A DNA stretch of 64,000 nucleotides from an uncultured Candidatus Saccharibacteria bacterium (lineage in GTDB: Bacteria > Patescibacteriota > CAZHWT01): contig CAZQWH010000002.1 of assembly GCA_964597145.1 (NCBI GenBank), positions 113,232 to 177,231 of the forward strand, written 5' to 3'. Positions 37,164-48,026 of this stretch are shown here, piece after piece. The stretch's first letter is position 1, and each line of letters starts with the position of its first letter. The position numbers were made by a program, and so were the translations under genes. A model generated the notes under the pieces. The model saw only the letters and a list, made by a program, of their open reading frames with translations, did not search any database and had not been told where the DNA came from.

Positions 37164-37664
37164 TTATAACACAGCAAAGGTAGCATCTGGTGCAGCACAC
37201 TGTACGTATGAATCACCATCTTGTGTATCATAAACATAATACACTGGAGAAGTAGTACAGGTGTTAGCGTCACCGTCTGTATCAGGATCATCTCGAGCAC
37301 TCGTAGCCTTTAACTCGGCATAAGCCTTTATCTCAGCGCTTGCAACGGCAGGTGTAACTGTGCTATCTGTACCAATCGACCAATTAATAGTAGTCGATGG
37401 CGTACTCTTTAAGAAGCCGCCTGCTTTCAGCTCGGCAACATCATTACAACCCTCATAATTACCAGTTGCCTTGCTAGTAAAGCAAGCTTCAACAGCAGAG
37501 GCCACCGTTGAGATATCGCTTCGCACCTGAGTATCATTTGCCTCAGCAATTCGCTCAGCTGGATTAATGGCAATAAGCACTACCGCAGCCAAAATACCAA
37601 GGATGGCAATAACGACCAATAGCTCGATTAAGGTGAAACCCTTAGATAGAGAGAATTTTTGCAT
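37164..37664 (-). CDS. pilA: Major type IV pilin
   Basis: GFTLIELLVVIAILGILAA; perfect AAGGAGGTG SD; own terminator. Confidence 0.88.
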   Translation of the reverse strand: MQKFSLSKGFTLIELLVVIAILGILAAVVLIAINPAERIAEANDTQVRSDISTVASAVEACFTSKATGNYEGCNDVAELKAGGFLKSTPSTTINWSIGTDSTVTPAVASAEIKAYAELKATSARDDPDTDGDANTCTTSPVYYVYDTQDGDSYVQCAAPDATFAVL

Positions 37665-37841
37665 GAGTTTCACCTCCTTTCAGTAACAGAACAATCGTGC
37701 GTCCGGACGAACCATGATTGTTCTCGCAAGGAAGATAATATAAAGAGAATGGGCAGGTTTGGGCAATCATAATACTTATAGCTTATTACTAGAGCAGGCA
37801 AGCGTTACTATTGTTAGTGTAGCATACTTAATCCAAGTCCA

Positions 37842-39047
37842 CTAGAAGGCATTCAACACGCTGTAAATTGGCAGGATTAGGGCAAAGATTAAAAAGCCTA
37901 CGCTTATACCAAGCACAATCATAATAATTGGCTCTAGAGCCGTGGATAGGTTGCGCACTGTATTACCGCTTTCATCTTCAAACGACTTACCTACCTTCTC
38001 TAGTACTTCGTCTAACTTACCAGTCGATTCGCCAATAGCAATCATTTGCGACACAATCACTGGAAACACTGTTTGTCGCTCAACAGCCTGGGCTAAAGAC
38101 ATCCCTTTTTCTACACTCTGGGCAATACCAGCCACCGCTTCTTGAAACCGGATGTTACTTAAGGTTTCTTTGGCAATATCTATCGCATCCAGAATCGGAA
38201 CACCAGAGGAGATTAGCAGAGCTAGGGTTTGGATAAACGAAGTCAACTGAACCTCTATACTTAATTTGCCAAAAATTGGTACTTGGTTGTAGATATCGGC
38301 CAATAAATATTTACCCCGTAAAGTTTTGGCGAACCAGCGGTACCCAAAAACTACCATCGCGATTAAAGCGATTAGAATATACCATTGTTGGGTAAAGAGA
38401 TTGCTAATGGCGATAAGCAGTTGGGTGGCAAATGGAAGATTGGCATCTAGGCTTTCGTAGACTTGCTTCATCTGTGGCACCACAAACACCATCATCACCG
38501 TCATTACTCCAGCCATAGCGAGCAAAATAATGACCGGATAAATTAACGCGCCTTTAATTTTAGCGTTAAACTCGGCCTGGCTTTCTAAACTGTCGGCTAG
38601 CCGAGCTAGGATTTTATCTAGGTTACCCGAGGCCTCACCTGCCTTAATTAAGCTAACATACAAACGAGGAAAGACCTGAGGATATTTAGCCAAAGACTTA
38701 GAAAAACTCAAACCACCATCAACATCACGGATAATGTCTTGCAAGGCTTGGTTAAGTTTTTTATTTTTGGTCTGTTGAACCAATACCTCCAGAGATTGGG
38801 TTAAGGGTAGGCCAGCCGTAATCATGGTCGATAGCTGGCGAGTAGTTACAGCCAATAACTTACCTGGCACCTTACCGCCCTTAGTCAGCATAGCCATAAT
38901 GTCTGTTTCGCGCTTAACCTCAAGCGAGGTAATGAGCAGCTTGCGCGTCCGAAGGATCTCGGCGGCTTGATGTTCGTCGGAAGCCTCAATTAAACCCGCA
39001 GAAGCAACCCCTTGTTCATTTAATGCAGTGTAGCGATACGTTAACAC
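37842..39047 (-). CDS. pilC: Type IV pilus platform protein PilC
   Basis: RQLSTMITAGLPL, GEASGNL, ALIYP, LEPIIM. Confidence 0.95.
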   Translation of the reverse strand: MLTYRYTALNEQGVASAGLIEASDEHQAAEILRTRKLLITSLEVKRETDIMAMLTKGGKVPGKLLAVTTRQLSTMITAGLPLTQSLEVLVQQTKNKKLNQALQDIIRDVDGGLSFSKSLAKYPQVFPRLYVSLIKAGEASGNLDKILARLADSLESQAEFNAKIKGALIYPVIILLAMAGVMTVMMVFVVPQMKQVYESLDANLPFATQLLIAISNLFTQQWYILIALIAMVVFGYRWFAKTLRGKYLLADIYNQVPIFGKLSIEVQLTSFIQTLALLISSGVPILDAIDIAKETLSNIRFQEAVAGIAQSVEKGMSLAQAVERQTVFPVIVSQMIAIGESTGKLDEVLEKVGKSFEDESGNTVRNLSTALEPIIMIVLGISVGFLIFALILPIYSVLNAF

Positions 39048-39076
39048 AATGTAATCCTCACGTTGGTCATTATTTT

Positions 39077-40156
39077 TTAGCCACGGCTCCGCTGGATACG
39101 CTCCAATTCCGCTGGGCGCAGCGTTACTTTTTTAGCTTCTTCCATAGAAATTTTTCCAGCTTGAATTAATGCGGCAAGCGATCTTTCTAAACTCATCATT
39201 CCCACCTCGGTGCCAGTCGACATTAGGTTATCAATTTGGTGTGTTTTTCCTTCGCGAATAACCGAGCGAATACCAGCATTCATGGTCAAGATTTCGGTAG
39301 CAGCAACCCGGCCACCTTCCAAAGATGGTAACAATCGTTGCGAAATAACCCCTTGCAACGAAGAAGCCAATTGCGACCGGATTTGGGTTTGCTGGTGTTC
39401 TGGGAAAACATCAATAATACGATCAATCGTTTGCGAAGCACTATTAGTATGGAGTGTGGCAAACACTAAGTGGCCAGTTTCGGCGATAGTTAAGGCCGCG
39501 CTAATTGTTTCAAAATCGCGCATTTCTCCGACCAGTACCACATCCGGATCTTCACGCAGCACAGAGCGCAAGGCAATATCCCACGAATGGGTATCTAAGT
39601 GTAGCTCGCGCTGGGTTATAAGCGATTGGCGATGCGGATAGACATACTCAATTGGATCCTCAATGGTAATAATGTGGGCAGGCCGGGTTTCGTTAATTTG
39701 GTTAATCATGGCCGCTAAAGTGGTCGACTTACCATGCCCGGTTGGGCCAGTCACCAACACAAAGCCATGAGGTAGGGCAGAGAATTGCTGAATAGCAACC
39801 GGCAACCCCAGTTCTTCCAGTGTCCTAATATTGGCTGGAATGAGACGCAAGGCCGCACCTAAATAACCCTTTTGATGATACAAGTTAACTCGGAAACGAG
39901 CCACTTCGCCCAAGGCAAAGGAGAAGTCAATTTCTTTGTTAGATAGTAAAATATCTTTTTGCTCATCTGAGGCTAGGGAGAAGCAGAGCGCCTCAACTTC
40001 ATCGGGGGTTAAAGGGTTAGCGTGCTCAATTGGCGTTAACGAACCATCTACCCGCAAGGTAGGCATGGCCCCAACCGTTAAATGTAAATCCGAAGCCTGG
40101 CGTCGGATAACTTCTTCTAATAATTGCTGGATACTCAGTGTAGGTGTGGTGGCCAT
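39077..40156 (-). CDS. pilT: Type IV pilus retraction ATPase PilT
   Basis: GPTGHGKSTT, TIEDPIE, LREDPD, AETGH, IRSVIRE (AIRNLIRE-like). Confidence 0.95.
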   Translation of the reverse strand: MATTPTLSIQQLLEEVIRRQASDLHLTVGAMPTLRVDGSLTPIEHANPLTPDEVEALCFSLASDEQKDILLSNKEIDFSFALGEVARFRVNLYHQKGYLGAALRLIPANIRTLEELGLPVAIQQFSALPHGFVLVTGPTGHGKSTTLAAMINQINETRPAHIITIEDPIEYVYPHRQSLITQRELHLDTHSWDIALRSVLREDPDVVLVGEMRDFETISAALTIAETGHLVFATLHTNSASQTIDRIIDVFPEHQQTQIRSQLASSLQGVISQRLLPSLEGGRVAATEILTMNAGIRSVIREGKTHQIDNLMSTGTEVGMMSLERSLAALIQAGKISMEEAKKVTLRPAELERIQRSRG

Positions 40157-40175
40157 GTAGCTGCTTCCGTTCAGA

Positions 40176-41894
40176 TTAACTGATAACGCGCAATACCTCC
40201 TCAAAGGTAGTTAAACCTTCTAATACTTTAACAAAACCATCTTGCTGCATTTTAACCATTCCAGAGTTAACTGCTTCGGCCTCAATTTTATCTGCCGATT
40301 CATGTTCCAAAATAAGTCGGCCAATCTTTTCGTTAACCTCGAGTACTTCATAAATCCCAATTCGACCGGTATAGCCAAGGTTGCCACAGGCCTGGCAACC
40401 CTGAGCTTCATAAATAGTTACCTGAGATGAAGTTAATTCTTTAGGCCATAAACTACCTAATTCATCCCGCATTTGTTTCTCAATATGCTCGTCAGCTGGA
40501 ATCGCCTTGCGGCACTTTTGGCATAATTGTCGAACAAGTCGTTGGGCCATAACCACATTAACCGATGAGGCAATTAAAAACGGCTCAGCGCCCATATCGA
40601 GCAACCGGGGTAAAGCACCTGCCGCCGAATTAGTATGTAAGGTAGAGAGCACCAAGTGCCCAGTCAGCGAAGCCTGGATCGCCAACTCGGCCGTTTCACC
40701 ATCACGAATCTCACCCACCATAATAATGTTAGGGTCTTGGCGAAGGAAGGCCCTCAGGCCAGAAGCAAAGGTTAAGCCAGCAGCGGGGTTAATTTGAACC
40801 TGGTTTACCCCCGAAACTTCGTACTCTACCGGATCTTCTAAGGTGCTAATATTTACTTTAACTGAGTTAAGCTTCGTTAATGAGGTGCGCAAGGTGGTGG
40901 TTTTACCTGAACCAGTTGGCCCGGTAACTAAAATAATCCCCGCAGTTTTCTCCAGTGCCGCTTCAAACACCTTCAGCGCATTAGCTCGAATCCCAAGCTC
41001 GGCAAAGGTGGGCACTTTGTTTTCTTTACGCAGCAAACGCATTACCACCTTTTCGCCCTTAGAGGTGGGCAGAGTAGAGACACGCAGATCTATTTGCTGG
41101 TCAGCAACCTGAATTTGGAAGCGCCCGTCCTGGGGAATACGCTTCTCATCAATTTTCATATTGGACAAGATCTTAATCCGAGAAATAACCGAATCATGAA
41201 CTTTATTAGGCAACACCAACCGCTCTTGCAATACGCCATCAATCCGGTAGCGCACCCGGGTATTTTCTTCACCAGGTTCAATGTGAACATCGGAAGCTCG
41301 AGATTTAGCTGCGTACTCCAGCATAGTTGACACAATTCGAGCCACTGGCGCGTCCCGGATGGCATCGCCAACCTTATCAATATCTTTAATTGATTCTTCA
41401 ATTTTAGTAGTTTCAGTTTGGGCCTCTTTGAGCGCGGCCCGTACATCTTTATCAATCGACTGAGAGTAATTGGCCTCAATTGAGGCTTGGATTTCATCAA
41501 CCGGAGCAACGAATGGCTTAACCCGACAACCACTCTTCGTCTCCAGGAACTCAATAACCTGCAAGTCTAGCGGATCCGACATTGCTACATTTAGTATATT
41601 GTCTTTTAGCTCAAACGGAATTAGGACATAGTGCTGCGCCACAGCCTCGGGGATCTTAGACAAAACTTCCGATCCGATCGGCCGGTCTTTTAAATCAATA
41701 ACGGGTATATCTAAGATGCGAGCTTGCGCACCAAGGATATCTTTTTCTGTAGCCCACCCTTTTTCCAACAAGATATCCTTAATCTGCCGACCCGTATTGA
41801 TTTGGGCAAGCTTTACTTGCGATACTTGGTCGGCAGTTAAAACTCCCAGGCTGGCAAGAATATCTTCGATAGTTTTGGCAGTTGTTTCAGGCAT
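40176..41894 (-). CDS. pilB: Type IV pilus assembly ATPase PilB
   Basis: ASDVHIEP, PQDGR, GPTGSGKTTT, LRQDPN, tetracysteine motif. Confidence 0.95.
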   Translation of the reverse strand: MPETTAKTIEDILASLGVLTADQVSQVKLAQINTGRQIKDILLEKGWATEKDILGAQARILDIPVIDLKDRPIGSEVLSKIPEAVAQHYVLIPFELKDNILNVAMSDPLDLQVIEFLETKSGCRVKPFVAPVDEIQASIEANYSQSIDKDVRAALKEAQTETTKIEESIKDIDKVGDAIRDAPVARIVSTMLEYAAKSRASDVHIEPGEENTRVRYRIDGVLQERLVLPNKVHDSVISRIKILSNMKIDEKRIPQDGRFQIQVADQQIDLRVSTLPTSKGEKVVMRLLRKENKVPTFAELGIRANALKVFEAALEKTAGIILVTGPTGSGKTTTLRTSLTKLNSVKVNISTLEDPVEYEVSGVNQVQINPAAGLTFASGLRAFLRQDPNIIMVGEIRDGETAELAIQASLTGHLVLSTLHTNSAAGALPRLLDMGAEPFLIASSVNVVMAQRLVRQLCQKCRKAIPADEHIEKQMRDELGSLWPKELTSSQVTIYEAQGCQACGNLGYTGRIGIYEVLEVNEKIGRLILEHESADKIEAEAVNSGMVKMQQDGFVKVLEGLTTFEEVLRVIS

Positions 41895-42016
41895 AGGCAG
41901 TTTGCAAATAGCAGCAATTGTAGTAAGTCAACTCTAACAAAGGCACCACGTAGTGTTATCACCTACAAGCGCCATTCGACCACAATTATGATTTATAATA
42001 GAGTGAGAACAGAGGC

Positions 42017-42712
42017 GTGTCAATGTTTCAGAGTACAATTATTGTTGATCCTAAAAGTGAAATAAAAGGCAAGCAAAGCTTCGATACCTATATAGTTAAA
42101 CCAACCACCATCGATCGCCGCACATCCATCCGGATAAAAGAAGTCCAGGATATGCTCGCGTGGTGCTCAAAAAGCGCCTTTCAGGGTAGCCAAAAACTCG
42201 TAGTGATTGAAGAATTGCATAAAGCCAGCAATGCTGTTCCTCATGCCTTGCTCAAATTACTAGAAGAACCACCAGCAGATACCCGGATCACCATGACCAT
42301 TGATCGGGCGGAGTCCACCTTGGGCACCATCCGTTCCCGATGCGGTATTGTGGCGGCCCACGATCTTGATGTTAGCCAATTAGAGCAGCTTGGCCTGCGA
42401 CAAGTTGCTCTAACCCCCCATGAAGCTGCCATATCGTGGCACAATCTAGCAGCCCAATCTAAAATTGATCGAACAAATTGGATAGCCGATATAGTCAAAA
42501 GCAAAAAAGATTACCGCAGCCTAGTCGTAGCCTGGCAAGCAGAGCTAGTTGAAGAATTAGCTCATCAAAACAAAGCTAATCGCCCTCACCTCATCAAGCA
42601 ATTAGCCCTACTAGAAGAAGTGGGAGCTGCTTTAGACCACAATGTTTTACCTCGATTAGCTTTACACTACCTCAACCTCAGGCTAGATGCATACCTAACC
42701 CCAAGTACGTAA
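42017..42712 (+). CDS. DNA polymerase III delta-prime-like subunit (short)
   Basis: ALLKLLEEPP, LGTIRSRC. Confidence 0.75.
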   Translation: MSMFQSTIIVDPKSEIKGKQSFDTYIVKPTTIDRRTSIRIKEVQDMLAWCSKSAFQGSQKLVVIEELHKASNAVPHALLKLLEEPPADTRITMTIDRAESTLGTIRSRCGIVAAHDLDVSQLEQLGLRQVALTPHEAAISWHNLAAQSKIDRTNWIADIVKSKKDYRSLVVAWQAELVEELAHQNKANRPHLIKQLALLEEVGAALDHNVLPRLALHYLNLRLDAYLTPST

Positions 42713-42907
42713 AAATACTCCACTATGGCTTTTGCTCCAGATAGGGGAGTGTGGTACAATATTTTAGCGGATATATTTAAATATAATTATTATCCAGAGC
42801 AACCTATAAACTACTTATTACTTTACTGCCCACACTAACAGCTTCAATACGATAAATAACCTCGCACCACTTGTTCTGGTTTACAAAAAGTGGTCACGAA
42901 ATGGTAA

Positions 42908-44941
<2,034 letters not shown>

Positions 44942-44955
44942 AGGAATTTAGTAGT

Positions 44956-47694
44956 ATGGCAGACGCATTTAACGAAGGACGAATTATCCAATCACGCATC
45001 ACCGATGAAATGAAAAAGGCGTACTTAGACTACGCCATGAGCGTCATCGTATCCCGATCAATTCCCGATGTAAGGGATGGTCTTAAACCAGTACATCGCC
45101 GCATTCTGTATGCCATGTATAAAGACCTAGGGCTAACTCACGACCATAAGTACTCTAAGTGTGCCGGTGTCGTTGGTGAGGTGATGAAGAAATACCACCC
45201 CCATGGCGATATGGCTATTTATGACTCACTGGTCCGATTAGCCCAAGATTTTAATATGCGCTACCCTCTAGTAGACGGACAGGGCAACTTTGGCTCTGTA
45301 GACGGAGACAGCCCAGCTGCCATGCGTTACACTGAAGCGCGACTACAAGAAATTGCCGAAGAGATGTTGCGCGATATTAATAAAGAAACGGTTGACTTTA
45401 TGCCTAACTATGATGGCGAACACGAGCAACCGGTTTATCTGCCAAGCTACTTACCCAACCTACTATTGAATGGGTCAGATGGTATTGCGGTTGGTATGGC
45501 AACGAAAATTCCACCTCACAACCTAGGCGAGCTAGTGGATGCCCTAACCTATATTATTGACAATGGTAAGCCCGAAGCAATAAATAACCAAGCCGTTGAA
45601 GATAACTCCGTTGCAGAACTGCTGGAACGGGCCACAGGTCAAGGTGAAGCTGAAATAGAAGTTGCAAGCGCCGAAGCAGGGGCTGGAGAACAAATCCTAA
45701 CTGGCGAAATTTATGCCAAACATCCCAAAGCGCAATTTAGCTCTAGCGTAACTGTCGAAGACCTCGCCAAGTTTGTAAAGGGGCCGGATTTCCCAACTGG
45801 AGGGGTTATTTATGACCAGTCCGAAATTATTGCAGCCTACGCTACAGGTAAAGGTCGAATTGTTATGCGGGCAATCGCCACTATTGAGGAGCATAAAAAT
45901 GGCCGCTTTTCAATAATAGTCACCGAAATTCCATACCAAGTAAATAAAGCTCAACTGGTCGCCAAAATTGCCGACTTAGTCAAAGATAAGAAGATTGACG
46001 GCATTTCTGACCTGCGTGATGAAAGCGATCGCCAGGGCATGCGTATTGTAATTGAACTCAAGGCTTCGGCCAACCCCCAAAGTGTCTTAAATAAGCTATA
46101 CAAATACTCCGCCATGCAGATGGCCTACAATGCAAATATGATTGCCTTGGTTAATGGGCAACCCCAAGTCCTCACGCTAAAGATGGCTTTAGAGGAGTAT
46201 ATTAAGCATCGCCAACTGGTAGTCATCCGCCGCACCGAATATGAACTACGTAAAGCCAAAGAGCGAGCACATATTCTTGAAGGTCTTAAGATTGCGCTTG
46301 ACCATTTAGACGAAGTCATTACCACAATTCGTCAAAGCGCCAGCCAGGAAGATGCTCGCAATGCCTTAATCGCCAAGTTTGGCATGACCGAAATTCAAGC
46401 CACAGCGGTCCTCGATTTGCAGTTGCGCCGGTTAGCTGCCCTGGAACGACAAAAGATTGAGGACGAGTTGAAGGCTGTCCTAGCCTTAATTGATGAGTTA
46501 GAAGGCATTTTAGCCGACCCATACAAAGTCTTACGTATCATTAAAGCCGAATTAGCTGAGATCAAAGATAAATATGGCGACGAACGCCGAACTCAGGTAG
46601 TTAAAGGTAAGGTAGGGGAGATTTCAGAGGCCGATCTAGTAGCCGACGAAGAGGTTTTAGTGACGCTAACCAAGAGCGGTTATATCAAACGGCTTTCACC
46701 CACCACTTATCGTCAACAGAATCGTGGCGGCAGGGGAGTAGCCGGAATGACACTCAAAGAAGAGGACGTTATTTCTAACATAGTTGCTACCCGAACTCAT
46801 GATGATATTTTTTTCTTTACCAACAAAGGACGAGTATTTAGTCTTAAAGTCTTCGAAATCCCTGAAAGCTCTCGGCAGGCCAAAGGGCAGGCCATTGTTA
46901 ATTTAATCCAAATCGAACAAGGCGAGCGAGTTACTGCTATGCTAACCCAAACCAAAGAAGGGCGGATTAAATCTACAGCCGACGGGACAAATGCCGAAGA
47001 TTCACAAGCCGTCCCTCAATATCTCCTCATGGCCACAATTAAAGGCACCGTCAAGAAAACATCACTTTCTGAGTATAAAAATATCCGCAAAAGTGGATTG
47101 GCTGCTATTCGATTGTTAGGTGACGACGAGCTGGCCTGGGTTAAGCCGACATCGGGCAAAGACGATGTTATCATGGCGACTCGAGAAGGCAAATCTATTC
47201 ACTTTGCCGAAGAGGACATCTCGCCAACTGGTCGGGCAACCATCGGCGTTCGAGGTATTAAATTAGCTTCTGGGGATGTATGTATAGGCATGGATATCAT
47301 TCCAGAAGGCACCAACGAAAAAACGACTCAACTTCTGGTTGTCGCCGAAAACGGTTTTGGTAAGATGACATCAATTAGCAACTACGCCAAGCAAGGTAGA
47401 GGTGGCCAAGGAATTTTGACCTTCCGCATCAATGATAAAACCGGCAAAATTGTGGTGATGCGGTTAATCACCGCCACCGAAACCGCCGACCTGCTTATTA
47501 CCTCGGTTCAAGGTGTAGTAATCCGCATACCACTCCAGGGTCTGCCTTCACTCGGCCGGCAAACCAGCGGGGTTAAAATTATTAGATTAGGTAGCAAAGA
47601 TAAGGTAGCAGCCTTAGCATATCTACCCGAAGATCAAGCCAACTCAGTAGCTGTTCAAGATGACTTAGTTACAGATGTAGCAGAAGCAGAGTAA
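44956..47694 (+). CDS. gyrA: DNA gyrase subunit A
   Basis: DVRDGLKPVHRR, HPHGD, AAMRYTE, GyrA-box QNRGGRG. Confidence 0.97.
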   Translation: MADAFNEGRIIQSRITDEMKKAYLDYAMSVIVSRSIPDVRDGLKPVHRRILYAMYKDLGLTHDHKYSKCAGVVGEVMKKYHPHGDMAIYDSLVRLAQDFNMRYPLVDGQGNFGSVDGDSPAAMRYTEARLQEIAEEMLRDINKETVDFMPNYDGEHEQPVYLPSYLPNLLLNGSDGIAVGMATKIPPHNLGELVDALTYIIDNGKPEAINNQAVEDNSVAELLERATGQGEAEIEVASAEAGAGEQILTGEIYAKHPKAQFSSSVTVEDLAKFVKGPDFPTGGVIYDQSEIIAAYATGKGRIVMRAIATIEEHKNGRFSIIVTEIPYQVNKAQLVAKIADLVKDKKIDGISDLRDESDRQGMRIVIELKASANPQSVLNKLYKYSAMQMAYNANMIALVNGQPQVLTLKMALEEYIKHRQLVVIRRTEYELRKAKERAHILEGLKIALDHLDEVITTIRQSASQEDARNALIAKFGMTEIQATAVLDLQLRRLAALERQKIEDELKAVLALIDELEGILADPYKVLRIIKAELAEIKDKYGDERRTQVVKGKVGEISEADLVADEEVLVTLTKSGYIKRLSPTTYRQQNRGGRGVAGMTLKEEDVISNIVATRTHDDIFFFTNKGRVFSLKVFEIPESSRQAKGQAIVNLIQIEQGERVTAMLTQTKEGRIKSTADGTNAEDSQAVPQYLLMATIKGTVKKTSLSEYKNIRKSGLAAIRLLGDDELAWVKPTSGKDDVIMATREGKSIHFAEEDISPTGRATIGVRGIKLASGDVCIGMDIIPEGTNEKTTQLLVVAENGFGKMTSISNYAKQGRGGQGILTFRINDKTGKIVVMRLITATETADLLITSVQGVVIRIPLQGLPSLGRQTSGVKIIRLGSKDKVAALAYLPEDQANSVAVQDDLVTDVAEAE

Positions 47695-47916
47695 GGGCTA
47701 ATTACAAGTTGCCATAAATCAATCTGAAAAGCATTCCGACCTTTAGTTAAAGTGTTCGGCAGTGAAGATGCTTTAGATCTTGATAGTCATCAGGATTAAC
47801 TAATACTCTAGCTACTCCGTGCTAGATAAAAACGAGTATCGCTTTATCACAGTACTTATTAGTTTCCCCAAATTCCTCCGGATAGTGGATGTAGCTCCGC
47901 TATTTTTACAGAGATA

Positions 47917-47958
47917 AATAGGATTTGTTACGTAACATGTTACGTAACAAATCCTATT
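47917..47958. repeat. Perfect 42-bp palindrome with TGTTACGTAACA doublet
   Basis: AATAGGATTTGTTACGTAACA|TGTTACGTAACAAATCCTATT. Confidence 0.9.
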
Positions 47959-48026
47959 AGTATGAGCACAAGCACTGTAAATTAAATCTCGAATAAAACT
48001 TCACCGCTGCCATGGATGTTTTTAGT

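Noticed and set aside
45562-45745. Intein in GyrA
   Set aside because: No Cys/Ser start or His-Asn end, and not at the known site next to the catalytic Tyr.
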